In this document: positions 19,229 through 29,112 of the stretch, piece after piece
Layout: every line of letters starts with the position of its first letter
How positions within the stretch are numbered: position 1 is the first letter of the stretch
The notes under the pieces: generated by a model
Told to the model about the DNA's origin: nothing
The model's database searches: none
The model's input: the letters and a program-made list of their open reading frames with translations, nothing else
Virus record (IMG/VR): IMGVR_UViG_3300047320_000285
Location: 1-64,000 of that record
Reading direction: 5' to 3' (one strand)
Length of the DNA: 64,000 nucleotides
Made by a program: the position numbers and the translations under genes

Positions 19229-20137
19229 ATGAAAATCGATCAGTTTTTCAAGTCCCTGCTGCCGTCGTTCTCCAAGGACACGGTGCTGGAAGACTGCCGC
19301 ATCACCGCTGGCGAGATCAAGGAAACGGTCAAGCCCGCGTACGATGAAGGCGCCAAGCTTCTGAAGAACTGGAAGTTCAAGTCGCCAGAAGTCGAGTCGC
19401 TCGGCAAGACGTTCAGTTCGCTGGTGCAAAAGACCCATGGCAACATGGTGGTCACCATCGAGCAGAAGATCCCGGCCGTGCTGGAGAACCTCGCCCAAGT
19501 CGAGGAACTTATCAAGGCCAACTACAACGAAGACGTCGCCGCCGGCGGCCTCACCTACCTGAAGGCGCAGCTGCTGCAGTTCGTCGAAGGCGCGAGCTTC
19601 TTCGCCAAGTACAGCCGGGCCCTGTTGAACTACATCTACGTGCACGAGTCGGCCCCGTTTGTCAAGGAAACCGACGAGCAGTTCGATGCGGTGCAGGAGT
19701 CGTTGATCCCGGCCGAAGTCGCTTACATCCAGAACAACTTCCAGTCGTTCTGCGTGGTGCTTAACGCGCTGTCAGGCGCGAATGGCGACATCAAGAAACA
19801 GCTCGCCGAAGTGCCGGACATCGCCATCACTGACGACAACGTGCAGACGCTGCCTGCGTCAGTGGGCGCCGCCAAGCTCGACCCGCTGAAGTTTGGTTTC
19901 GTGCCGGTGTTTCTGAACCCGATCTACCACATCCGCATGTCGATCGCCGAGTGGCAAATCGAGCAGTACAAGCTCGCCCAGCGCGAGTTGCAGATGCTGC
20001 AGATGCGCAAGCTCAACCTCGAGAAGCTCAAAGAGGGTCAACCCAACCCGGTGCTGCAACAGAAGCTGGGTGAGACCGAGCGGGCGATCCACGGCCTGAA
20101 AGCGAAGATCGCCAAGATGGAGCGTGACTATGCCTGA
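19229..20137 (+). CDS. Head/inner-body protein (302 aa; gp90-like)
   Basis: Helical protein with C-terminal coiled coil; synteny. Confidence 0.7.
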   Translation: MKIDQFFKSLLPSFSKDTVLEDCRITAGEIKETVKPAYDEGAKLLKNWKFKSPEVESLGKTFSSLVQKTHGNMVVTIEQKIPAVLENLAQVEELIKANYNEDVAAGGLTYLKAQLLQFVEGASFFAKYSRALLNYIYVHESAPFVKETDEQFDAVQESLIPAEVAYIQNNFQSFCVVLNALSGANGDIKKQLAEVPDIAITDDNVQTLPASVGAAKLDPLKFGFVPVFLNPIYHIRMSIAEWQIEQYKLAQRELQMLQMRKLNLEKLKEGQPNPVLQQKLGETERAIHGLKAKIAKMERDYA

Positions 20138-20750
20138 ACTCGCGCAGAGCGCGGGCTTCATCCTCTACCCCCGGGGTTTCTTCGGGGCGGAGCTGAAGCC
20201 TTCGATCAAGAAGCACATCAACCCGTTCTCCTCGGAAGTCAAGCGGCTGCAACCGAGCGTGAGCCTGTTCCACAACAACCGCTCGGGTGACCCGGTCAAG
20301 GTCAACGAAGACGTCGAAGCGCTGTACGCGCAGCTGATCTCGCGCGAAGAGACTATCGATGACTTCGTGTTCCGCGAAGCGATCCTCAACTGTGCGCTGT
20401 CGGCGTTTGGCACCCAGCAGTTTGATTTCTGGTACAGCCAGCAGCAGTACATTCCGTCGGCCGGTAATCTGCATCGGGAGTTCCTCGAGGACATCCTGCA
20501 GTTTATCTCCACCGGCACGCGCTGCATGCATCTACAAACGTGGAATGATCTGATCAATTCCAACGACACCGGCCATCGTCAGACCGTGCTGTCCGAGAAG
20601 GCCATGGCGTTCTTTGGCGTCTCGAGCAATGGCCTTCGTCGCGAGTCGCGTAACAGCCGCTTGGTGGATGTGCTGATTGCGTGGACCAGCCAACCCGGCG
20701 GGTTCATGGATCTGTTGTTCACGCTGCACATTCTGTTCGGCGTGCGTTAA
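20130..20750 (+). CDS. Virion structural protein (206 aa)
   Basis: Overlaps the upstream stop; operon context. Confidence 0.7.
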   Translation: MPELAQSAGFILYPRGFFGAELKPSIKKHINPFSSEVKRLQPSVSLFHNNRSGDPVKVNEDVEALYAQLISREETIDDFVFREAILNCALSAFGTQQFDFWYSQQQYIPSAGNLHREFLEDILQFISTGTRCMHLQTWNDLINSNDTGHRQTVLSEKAMAFFGVSSNGLRRESRNSRLVDVLIAWTSQPGGFMDLLFTLHILFGVR

Positions 20751-20880
20751 ACCGGAGCGTGCTCCTAGCCCCAGCCCGCCCAACAAGTATTGTATAGTGG
20801 CGTCGCGCCTGAGCGTGCGATGCCTTCAGAGTACCGCGCGGGTACGTAGTTCCCTTATTATCCTTCGAAGGAGCATCACA

Positions 20881-22296
20881 ATGCGTAGCAGCCGTTCGAA
20901 CTTTGGCGCCACTCGTGGCGTCGTCGCAATGGAAGAAGAAGAAATCCGTCAACGCGAAGTCGAAGAAACCCGTCGCCGCGAAGAAGGCGGTGGTGAGCGC
21001 GACGTCACGGACGAAGTGCCGGACAACGCTGACGGCCTCGAAACCGGCCTGCTCGAAGTCGCCGATGAAACCGCCGAAGGCGAAGACATCAGCGAAGACG
21101 TCGATGAAGGCGTGGAAACGGCCGAAGCGCTCGAAAGCCTGCGCATCGTCGTGAAGAACGCAGCAGCCAACGGCGGTTTCGATCGTCACGGTGCCGCCAC
21201 TGCCAAGGTCGCACTCGAAGGCCTGTACAAGCGCGCTGGCTTCAACCTGAAGAAGATCCAGGCGGTTCCCGCACTGGAATCGTTCGGCGGCGTCTCGGAT
21301 CGCGTGCGTTCGACGCTCGCGCTCGAAGCCGACATCAAGCAAAAGCTGTCGAACGTCTGGGAAGCCATCAAGAAGGCGATCCAGACCGCGATCGACTTCG
21401 TCATCGGCCTGTACAACAAGCTGTTCGACAAGGCCACCAAGCTCGAAGCGCGCGCCAAGAAGGTCGCTGAAGTGGCTGGCAAGCTGTCGGGTACGCCGAA
21501 GAACAAGGTGTTCGAGAGCAAGGAACTGGGCCAAGCCCTCGTGCTGGGTTCGGCTGTGCCGGGCGACTCCGCAGGCGCCAAGCGCGTGCTGGAAGTGCTG
21601 AACACGGTGTTCAAGGACTACCCGAGCTTCGTCGACACGCTCGACAAGGCAGCTGGCTACGTCGCCGACCAGAAGGCCGACGCCGTGATGGAAGTGCTGG
21701 AAAAGGGTCAGATCAGCCTCGGCCTCGAGAAGATCTCGAACCCGAGTTCGGCGGGTTTCCAAGTGGCAGACGGTGCAGCCGTCGAACGCTCGGCTGAAAT
21801 GCCCGGCGGCAAGGCGCTCGTGCTCGTGCTGGATGCGTCGGATCCCTCGAAGTCGACCGGCGCGATCGGTGACTTCAATCCGAAGTCGCCGGCTCAGGCT
21901 CCGAACGGTGGCAAGATTCCGGTGCTCGACACCAAGGAAAAGATCATCGACATGGCTAACGTCATTGCCGAGATCGCTGCCCACGTGAAGAACGCCAAGG
22001 GTCTGGTCGGCAAGGCTACCAGCGCGAAGAAGAAGTTGCAATCGTACTGCGACAAGGCTGCGGCCAAGGCAGGCAAGGGCGGCGCAGACGACGCAGAAGG
22101 CAAGGAAAACGGCGCAGCTGTCGGTGGTGCCGCTTCGGCCCTGCGTGGCGTGCTGGCACTGATCGACAAGCCGTTCGCGGCGATCAACACGTACTCGCTC
22201 GAAACGGGTATGCGTCTGCTGCATCAAGCTGAAGCGTCGGTGAAGGAATTCGGCGGCAAGGCTGAAGCCGCTCCGGCCGAAGGCGCGACTGCCTAA
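20881..22296 (+). CDS. Abundant internal head protein, gp93-97-like family (471 aa)
   Basis: Start moved to ATG 20881 after GAAGGAG; acidic propeptide with AME/ALE sites, then IKQKLSNVWEAIKKAIQ helix; extreme codon bias. Confidence 0.8.
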   Translation: MRSSRSNFGATRGVVAMEEEEIRQREVEETRRREEGGGERDVTDEVPDNADGLETGLLEVADETAEGEDISEDVDEGVETAEALESLRIVVKNAAANGGFDRHGAATAKVALEGLYKRAGFNLKKIQAVPALESFGGVSDRVRSTLALEADIKQKLSNVWEAIKKAIQTAIDFVIGLYNKLFDKATKLEARAKKVAEVAGKLSGTPKNKVFESKELGQALVLGSAVPGDSAGAKRVLEVLNTVFKDYPSFVDTLDKAAGYVADQKADAVMEVLEKGQISLGLEKISNPSSAGFQVADGAAVERSAEMPGGKALVLVLDASDPSKSTGAIGDFNPKSPAQAPNGGKIPVLDTKEKIIDMANVIAEIAAHVKNAKGLVGKATSAKKKLQSYCDKAAAKAGKGGADDAEGKENGAAVGGAASALRGVLALIDKPFAAINTYSLETGMRLLHQAEASVKEFGGKAEAAPAEGATA

Positions 22297-22309
22297 GTCA
22301 GCGTAGCCA

Positions 22310-22333
22310 TGGGCCAGCCCTGCGGGGCTGGCT
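22310..22333 (+). terminator. Hairpin
   Basis: gccagccc-tgcg-gggctggc with a weak U tail; possibly attenuating. Confidence 0.5.
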
Positions 22334-22370
22334 TGTGACTGTCAACAAATAAACTGCAAAGGCAAAGAAA

Positions 22371-23702
22371 ATGCGCAGACAATTTTTCGCTCTGGAATCG
22401 GGCACGCCGAACGTGGCCCCGGTCCGGATGCTGTCCCTCGAAGAAGAGATGTTGATGGTCGACGAAGCGGCTCAGGACGAGTCGCAAGTCGAACGGGACC
22501 TCTCCGAATCGGAACGTGTCATCGAAGTCTCGGACGCCCTCGAAGACGTGGCGGTCGTCGCCGACGGCATCGAAGCAGCGACGCCGGGCGAAGTGGCGCT
22601 GATCGACACGGCCTCGCAAATGGCCGTGGCAGGTACGGACATCGAACCGGAACAAGTCGTGCCGGCGATGGAATCGTACATGGGCAAGCGTATCGCCACG
22701 GAAACCATCCGTGAAACCGCGCGTACCATCTGGGAAAACATCCAAGCCTTCCTCACGAAGGTCTGGAACCAGATCGTGGCCTACTTCCGTGTCGGCGCCG
22801 TGGTGCCGATGGTCGAGAAGCGCATCGCGTCGCTCGAGAAGAAGGTCGGCGAACTCGGCAAGCTGAAAGAAGGCTCGGGCAACATCAAGCTCAAGTCGAG
22901 CTTCCTCGCCGTCAAGGGCAAGACGGTGTCGACTGTTGGCGAGCTGGGCAAGGCGTTCACGGAAGTCGAGAAGACCGCCGAGTTCGTGTTCGGTGCCAAC
23001 GCCGAAGAAGTGGCCAAGCACGGTGAAGCGCTGGCGGCTGTGATCGGCAAGTTCACGCCCGAGAACCACGCTGAAGTCATGAAGGAACTGCTCGAGACGT
23101 TCGACGGTTTCAAGGCTGCGGTCGTGCCGAGCGGCAAGAGCGGTAAGGATGGCGACTACGAGATCAGCTCCGGTCCGGAACTGCTCGGTGGTGGTCAGCT
23201 CGTCGGCCGGACGTATTCGCCGACTGCGGGTGCTTCACCGCTGGGTTCGCTCGAGCGCTTCCGCAAGAGCGGTATCACCTACGAAGCGGGCTCGAGCCCG
23301 ACGCCGGCTGAAGGCGAATTCCAGACGCTGAGCGTCGCTGAGATGCAAAGCATGCTCGCCGATGCGAAGAAGCTCCTGAAGACGCTGAAGGACTTCCACG
23401 CGGGTGCCCGTCTGGACAAGCTGAAGAAGGCCGGCGATGCGCTGAAGGCAGCGTCGAAGAAGGCGTCGGGCGAGATCGGCAAGATCAAGCAAGACGACAA
23501 GGGCCAGTCGGCGGTGATCAACGATTACCGTGCAGCACTGAACCTGAACGTCGCGTTCACCCGCTGGGTGCAGTCGCCGGCGCTGCCGTTCTACGGCAAG
23601 TGTCTGTCGGCAGTGAAGGCGCTCACGCACGTCGTCGCTTCCTCGGCTGCGCAGTACGAGTCGAAAGACGCGAAACCGGCTGCTGAAGGCGATAAGAAGT
23701 AA
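22371..23702 (+). CDS. Abundant internal head protein, gp93-97-like family (443 aa)
   Basis: ALE/SLE/AME/ATE sites, then ETARTIWENIQAFL helix; paralog of the 20881 gene. Confidence 0.8.
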   Translation: MRRQFFALESGTPNVAPVRMLSLEEEMLMVDEAAQDESQVERDLSESERVIEVSDALEDVAVVADGIEAATPGEVALIDTASQMAVAGTDIEPEQVVPAMESYMGKRIATETIRETARTIWENIQAFLTKVWNQIVAYFRVGAVVPMVEKRIASLEKKVGELGKLKEGSGNIKLKSSFLAVKGKTVSTVGELGKAFTEVEKTAEFVFGANAEEVAKHGEALAAVIGKFTPENHAEVMKELLETFDGFKAAVVPSGKSGKDGDYEISSGPELLGGGQLVGRTYSPTAGASPLGSLERFRKSGITYEAGSSPTPAEGEFQTLSVAEMQSMLADAKKLLKTLKDFHAGARLDKLKKAGDALKAASKKASGEIGKIKQDDKGQSAVINDYRAALNLNVAFTRWVQSPALPFYGKCLSAVKALTHVVASSAAQYESKDAKPAAEGDKK

Positions 23703-23719
23703 ATCGCTGAATGCGCCAG

Positions 23720-23753
23720 CATAAAGCCCGGGGGTTCGCCTCCGGGCTTTATG
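23720..23753 (+). terminator. Hairpin flanked by CATAAA...TTTATG
   Basis: cataaagcccggggg-ttcg-cctccgggctttatg. Confidence 0.8.
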
Positions 23754-23807
23754 CCGTCAGGCATTTTAGTAGATCGTATGATAAGTTCTTTGATACGGGA
23801 TTCTACC

Positions 23808-25391
23808 ATGCCAAAAATTCTAGTCGAGGTACCCGACACCGTCGAAGGTATCTTGCGTCCAGTATCACTGGACATTGCACGTACCTTGTTTGGTAACACG
23901 CAGGTGGTGAAAGATATCCAGATCCTGTTTCCGGGTGACATTGAACGGGCCCAGCAAAAGGGCGGCTCGATCGACGAGCTGAGCGAGCAGAACCCGGATA
24001 GCGTGAAGTTCCCCTACACTAGCCAGATGTCGATGGAAGTGCAGGAGGAGTATGTGGAAGACCGCATGCTCACCTCGGCGATCTTCCGGCCGGAGGAACT
24101 GTTTGTGTTTCGGGATGATGCGATCGAGACGGGTATTCGTCCGGTGTACTCGATGACCCAGACCACGATCAACTTCAAGTACCGCGCCAAGGACAAAACG
24201 GAAGCGATTCGCTGGCGCGATGATATCCGTAACCGCACGGCCGCCAATCGGGATGTATTTGTGCATGACGTCAAGTATCACTACCTCGTCCCGAAAGAGA
24301 TGATCGTGATCCTGAAAGAACTGCATCGCATGCGTGAAGCCGTGGCGCCGTACGGCGACGACTGGGAAACCTACTGGCGGGAGAATGTCTCCTCGCGCGT
24401 GTCGTGGCTCACCAACCAGTCAGGCCAGCAAGGGGCATGGGGTGTGGCGGAGTCGCAGCTGCGGGTACAGGGCTGGTTTGACTTTACCGGGGTACCGGAA
24501 CAGGGCAACAAGGATAACGATGGCTCGACATGGACCATTTCGTTTGCCTATCACTTCCAGTACGAGAAGCCGATTGCCTGCTCGATGTATTACCCGCTGA
24601 TGATCCACAACCAAGTGGTGGCGCAGAAGTACCGCCCGGGACCCGACGAGCAACCGCCCTACCAGATCGAAGCCCAAGCCCGCTCCTACAGCCTCACCGG
24701 CCGGCAGCTGCGCCACTTCGAAACCGGCACGCCGCTCTACCACCTGACCAAGCGGCCCGGTCACCAGATCCCATCGTTTGACGAGTTCTTGCCCGAGCAG
24801 GTGATTCCGCAGACCCTGCGGGTCTTTACCCTGATGATCCAACTGGATCCGGCGAATCCCCGGGCACTGTTTAACCTGAAGACTGATCTCGGTGACATCG
24901 CGCTCAATGACGACATGTGGTGCTGTATTGACAAAGAAATCCCCTTCATGACCCAACCCGGTCAGTCGGTGTTTAATCTGAGTCTGTATCGCAGCACTCA
25001 CTTGATGACGCCGAACTGGATTAGCATTGACGCGAACTACAACATCACGGCGACTGCCGATTTGGATCTGCGCCAGTATTACCATGTGCGGTTTTCGATC
25101 GCACGGGATCTGCGTCAGGTCAACCCCAATGCCCTGAAGCGTCTGCAGAGCTGCCCGGATTGTTTCAATGAGATTCTGGCCGCGATTGACCCGACCTTGC
25201 CGGGCAAGGGCCTGCTGCCGTGCGTGGTCGGGGGTACGTGGGTGCCCAGCCAGTGTCTGGATCAAGCGATCGATGAGATTGACCGGGGCACGCTCAGCCA
25301 AGGCAACCATCAGGTCTACTCGATGAATACGGTCGAGACTTTCTTTATCAAGACCGCATCCGCGAACCTGCCTAACAAACGTTACGATTGA
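23808..25391 (+). CDS. Virion structural protein (527 aa; gp98-like by synteny)
   Basis: Start at ATG 23808 (MPKILVEVP), downstream of a TATG at 23777; first gene of a late operon. Confidence 0.7.
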   Translation: MPKILVEVPDTVEGILRPVSLDIARTLFGNTQVVKDIQILFPGDIERAQQKGGSIDELSEQNPDSVKFPYTSQMSMEVQEEYVEDRMLTSAIFRPEELFVFRDDAIETGIRPVYSMTQTTINFKYRAKDKTEAIRWRDDIRNRTAANRDVFVHDVKYHYLVPKEMIVILKELHRMREAVAPYGDDWETYWRENVSSRVSWLTNQSGQQGAWGVAESQLRVQGWFDFTGVPEQGNKDNDGSTWTISFAYHFQYEKPIACSMYYPLMIHNQVVAQKYRPGPDEQPPYQIEAQARSYSLTGRQLRHFETGTPLYHLTKRPGHQIPSFDEFLPEQVIPQTLRVFTLMIQLDPANPRALFNLKTDLGDIALNDDMWCCIDKEIPFMTQPGQSVFNLSLYRSTHLMTPNWISIDANYNITATADLDLRQYYHVRFSIARDLRQVNPNALKRLQSCPDCFNEILAAIDPTLPGKGLLPCVVGGTWVPSQCLDQAIDEIDRGTLSQGNHQVYSMNTVETFFIKTASANLPNKRYD

Positions 25392-25398
25392 GGATACG

Positions 25399-26757
25399 AT
25401 GCCTGTCGTTCACGATACGCCGGCCGCAGAGCCGGAAAAGAAACCCAACACCGTGCAGATTGCCAAGCCCCAGTATCGGGGCGTGGTGGTCGATACCCGT
25501 TACGTGCCGCAATCGGCGCTGCTGACCAACATCGAAGGCAGCTCGTGGACGGTGAACTATTACTCGCAAGTGCTGGGCGCCGATAACGATCTGTCCGGTC
25601 AGCAGATGAACCGCGATGCGATCGACCAGCAGTACAAGCTGATTCACAAGCTCGAACTGAAAGTGCAGACGCCGCTGACTTCCCAGCAGGATCAGGAGTC
25701 TAAGCAGATGCACGTGACGGGCACCGCGGTGACCTATCCGTTCCTCGTCCCCCAAGAAGGCGACATGTTCTTGGCGGATGTGGGCGACGGTCGGGAAGGC
25801 GTGTTCGAAATCACCAATACCGAACGGCGCACCTACTTCAAGGAAAGCTGTTTTGAAATCCAGTACGTGCTGGTGAGTTACGGCAATCCCCAACGCACGG
25901 GGGACCTGAATCGCAAGGTGGTGCAGGAGCTGTACTTCGAACGGGATTTCCTGATCCATGGTCAGAACCCGTTGCTGATGCCGCAGGACTACGAAGACGT
26001 GCAGGTCTTGTCGCGTAAGTACTTCGACATCATGAACATCTACTTCAAGATGTTTCACAGCAACGAGTACATGACGATGTTGTTGCCGGGTCAGGCCCAA
26101 CCGACCTACGACCACTTCCTGATGAAAGCGCTGAACGCTTTCTTCAATACGTGGGACACACCGTTGATCCGGGAGAACCGCATCTTCAACGTCGACGACG
26201 CGGATGCGATGAAGTGCTTTACCCTCTGGGATGCACTGATGCGTAACGAGAAGGACTTGCTGCCGTTTATCAACAAGAAAGCGGCGCTGCAGACCACCTT
26301 CGCGTTCACCGAGCAGCCGATGTTCGAAGGTATCCGGTACAGTGGCTTGCAGTACGTGGTGTACCCGGGCGATCTGGAAGTGTGTGTTGATTACGAGGTG
26401 CGCAAACGCGCACCGTGTGCAATGGGTGTCAAGCTCTGTAACCCACCCAGTCGTCCCGGTATCCTCGACGAGCTGTTGGGCCAGAAGGTGATGAGCGGGC
26501 TGCCGTACACCGGTGCCCCTCTGATTACTCCGGTCCTGCAGGATGACTACTATATCTTCTCCGAGGCGTTCTACCACGACCTACCCGGTCAGTCGATGCT
26601 GGAGCTGGCAGTTCGCGATTATCTGAATGGTCGGGCGCTCAATCGGCGTCTGCTGGTGATCTTCACCGAGACCTATCAGGCGTGGGGCGGACTCGAGCGC
26701 TTCTATTACATTCCGATCGTCTTGATGCTGATCCGCGCCAGCATTCGATCGCTTTAA
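25399..26757 (+). CDS. Virion structural protein (452 aa; gp99-like by synteny)
   Basis: RBS GAGGA; PFLVPQEGDMFLADVGDGR motif. Confidence 0.7.
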   Translation: MPVVHDTPAAEPEKKPNTVQIAKPQYRGVVVDTRYVPQSALLTNIEGSSWTVNYYSQVLGADNDLSGQQMNRDAIDQQYKLIHKLELKVQTPLTSQQDQESKQMHVTGTAVTYPFLVPQEGDMFLADVGDGREGVFEITNTERRTYFKESCFEIQYVLVSYGNPQRTGDLNRKVVQELYFERDFLIHGQNPLLMPQDYEDVQVLSRKYFDIMNIYFKMFHSNEYMTMLLPGQAQPTYDHFLMKALNAFFNTWDTPLIRENRIFNVDDADAMKCFTLWDALMRNEKDLLPFINKKAALQTTFAFTEQPMFEGIRYSGLQYVVYPGDLEVCVDYEVRKRAPCAMGVKLCNPPSRPGILDELLGQKVMSGLPYTGAPLITPVLQDDYYIFSEAFYHDLPGQSMLELAVRDYLNGRALNRRLLVIFTETYQAWGGLERFYYIPIVLMLIRASIRSL

Positions 26758-26772
26758 ACGAAGGAGGCTCTC

Positions 26773-27405
26773 GTGGCCTACCAAGAATACAAAGTCCTGC
26801 CGACGTCCACGTGGGTCGCACCGAAAGACCGTGACTCCGCGTGGTACATCACCCGCAAGTTGTACAAGTGTCGCATCCCGCATTTCCAGACCCTGTCACC
26901 GGACTATATCAAGTTCATGGGCATGCCGGATTCGGGCGACGATCACACCAACGTGCAAATGCGGAACGAGCTGATCGATGTGCAGATCACCATCGGTCGC
27001 ATGGCGGAGTACTACGCCGAAGACGTGCAGATTCATATCCCGGATCCGCGCGTCACCAAGGAGATCTACGAACGGGTCCATGAACACCTGCAGGCATGGA
27101 AGCGCGATATGGAAGAGTCGGTCAACCCGGGGCAAGTACCGATTGACGACCTGCTCAAGCTCGACCAGTTTGCCAGCGCGTTGTACCCGCATGCCAAGCG
27201 TTTCTTCGACAAGGCCTTTATCGAGTCGAAGTTCGCCCGGCGGCTGGGGGGCTTGGTCTCGATCTCCCGCCAGTCGTTTATGGAGAAGCTCCAGCCCAAA
27301 ACCCCCACGGTCGACAATCAAGAGCCGGATGTGCGCAAGCACGAAAGCTTCGCCGACATCTTCCTCGAACGCAAGAACTTTACGGCGGGTAGACGATGGA
27401 AATAG
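26773..27405 (+). CDS. Conserved hypothetical protein (210 aa)
   Basis: RBS AAGGAGG, GTG start, operon context. Confidence 0.75.
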   Translation: MAYQEYKVLPTSTWVAPKDRDSAWYITRKLYKCRIPHFQTLSPDYIKFMGMPDSGDDHTNVQMRNELIDVQITIGRMAEYYAEDVQIHIPDPRVTKEIYERVHEHLQAWKRDMEESVNPGQVPIDDLLKLDQFASALYPHAKRFFDKAFIESKFARRLGGLVSISRQSFMEKLQPKTPTVDNQEPDVRKHESFADIFLERKNFTAGRRWK

Positions 27406-28754
27406 AACAGTCTTCCCTCTATCCGGTTATCCGCTCGATCATGAATGGGCCGGCCCTGCCGGTGCATTACGTGTGGTCGGCGGTGATCCATGTGAACCAG
27501 CGGGGTTTGGATCTGCCGGCGATGAAAGTGCTCTCGGTAGACTGGGTGTCGGACTTTGAGGCGAACTACACGGACGAGATTACGCTCACCTGCGTGATTC
27601 CCGGCGGCACGTTTGCCAATCAGATCTATCCGTTTCAGAACGATCTGGACATCACCATCATCAAGTCACCGGTGGGTGAAGTCGGCTCCGCGCCCAACCA
27701 GAATCAGGCGGTGCAGGGTCAGCGCTTTCAGGCGACCTTGCTCGATCAGGGCGACCCGCAGATTGAAGGCAATACGCTGGGTGCGTTGGGGCAGGAAGCG
27801 CTCGACATCTCCAACCTGTTGCCGGTCAAGTTCCAGCTGATTGACAAGTCACTGGAGCAGATCCGCATGGCGGGGATTGGCGGCATCTGGCGGCAAACCA
27901 CGATGGATGATTTCATCAAGGGGGTGATGACCAAATGCTCGCAGGATGTGCAGGTCGACCAGAACGCCAAGGTGAAGGGCGTGGACATGGTGCCCGCCTC
28001 CAACCAGAACGTGATGGAACACGTGATTATCCCGCATGGCACGCGGCTGGTGGATGTGCCGAATTACGTGCAGGACAAGTGCGGCGGGATTTACAGTGCA
28101 GGGCTGGGTTGTTATCTGCGTAATGGTTACTGGTACGTGTATCCGTGCTACGACACCACGCGGATGAATACCGCGAAAGCCACCGCGACAGTGATCCTGC
28201 TGCCACCGAACCGCTACACCAATATCGAGCGCACCTTTGAAGTCGCGGGGCGGGACGGCTTGGTGATTCTGGCGACCGGTCAGGTAAAGTTTCGGGGCGA
28301 TTCGACGCCGCAGCAACTGAACCATGGTAACGGCGTCCGCTTTACCGATGCGTCCAAACTGATGGATCAGTTTGCGGTCGTGGATAAGAACGTGGCGCTC
28401 GCCGCGCGGGGTAACATCAACAACGAGTATCTGTCCACGCAACGGCCGAACGGTAACAACAACGTCACGATGGGTCGGAACCGGATCACCGCCAATCCGT
28501 TTGTGGCTGCGTCCGATCTGTCGCGTCGTAACGGTTCAGTGATTGCGGCAGTGTGGGAACACTCCGCCGACAGCCTGATTGCGCCTTCCACCATGGTCAA
28601 CGTGATGTGGTTGGAGGACGATCAGGTGCAGTCCTTGCAGGGGGTGATGTTAAAAGTCGCCACCTACACGGAAATGAATCAGCCGGGCATGTTGAGTAGC
28701 CGGCACGTCAGCCGGACCGCGTTGTCGATCTTTGTCCAGAATCCGAAACATTAA
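27396..28754 (+). CDS. Virion structural protein, probable baseplate hub-like (452 aa; gp101-like by synteny)
   Basis: Beta-rich; overlaps the upstream gene; last gene before a hairpin. Confidence 0.65.
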   Translation: MEIEQSSLYPVIRSIMNGPALPVHYVWSAVIHVNQRGLDLPAMKVLSVDWVSDFEANYTDEITLTCVIPGGTFANQIYPFQNDLDITIIKSPVGEVGSAPNQNQAVQGQRFQATLLDQGDPQIEGNTLGALGQEALDISNLLPVKFQLIDKSLEQIRMAGIGGIWRQTTMDDFIKGVMTKCSQDVQVDQNAKVKGVDMVPASNQNVMEHVIIPHGTRLVDVPNYVQDKCGGIYSAGLGCYLRNGYWYVYPCYDTTRMNTAKATATVILLPPNRYTNIERTFEVAGRDGLVILATGQVKFRGDSTPQQLNHGNGVRFTDASKLMDQFAVVDKNVALAARGNINNEYLSTQRPNGNNNVTMGRNRITANPFVAASDLSRRNGSVIAAVWEHSADSLIAPSTMVNVMWLEDDQVQSLQGVMLKVATYTEMNQPGMLSSRHVSRTALSIFVQNPKH

Positions 28755-28764
28755 AATGGCCAAG

Positions 28765-28804
28765 CGTAGCGCTAAGTCTCAACACAGCGAGACTTAGCGC
28801 TATG
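28765..28804 (+). terminator. 14-bp perfect inverted repeat ending in TATG
   Basis: tagcgctaagtctc-aacacagc-gagacttagcgcta(tg). Confidence 0.7.
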
Positions 28805-28824
28805 CCCTTTGAGGGGTTGCAAAG

Positions 28825-29112
28825 ATGAGTCAAGCACTGTTGCGTATGCGCAAGCTGGGTCTGGGAGCGTTGTATGCTTACTGGACCGTAGCTGGCGTGG
28901 TGGGGACGCTGACGATCACCAGCGCTGTCACGCATCACTTTGCGCATAACGAGCGAAGTGAATTTGCGCGGCAGATGCTCGAGGCGTTTCGGTTGGGCCA
29001 GCGGGTTGAACTCTGCTCGCACGCATGTTTTACGCAAGACCATCAGACGTACATGGGTATTCAGATCTTACCAGACAAACAAGAAGGAGTGAGAGATGAT
29101 CTTGCAAAGTAA
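28825..29112 (+). CDS. Small membrane-anchored hypothetical protein (95 aa)
   Basis: Hydrophobic LGLGALYAYWTVAGVVGTLTITSAV segment. Confidence 0.6.
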   Translation: MSQALLRMRKLGLGALYAYWTVAGVVGTLTITSAVTHHFAHNERSEFARQMLEAFRLGQRVELCSHACFTQDHQTYMGIQILPDKQEGVRDDLAK

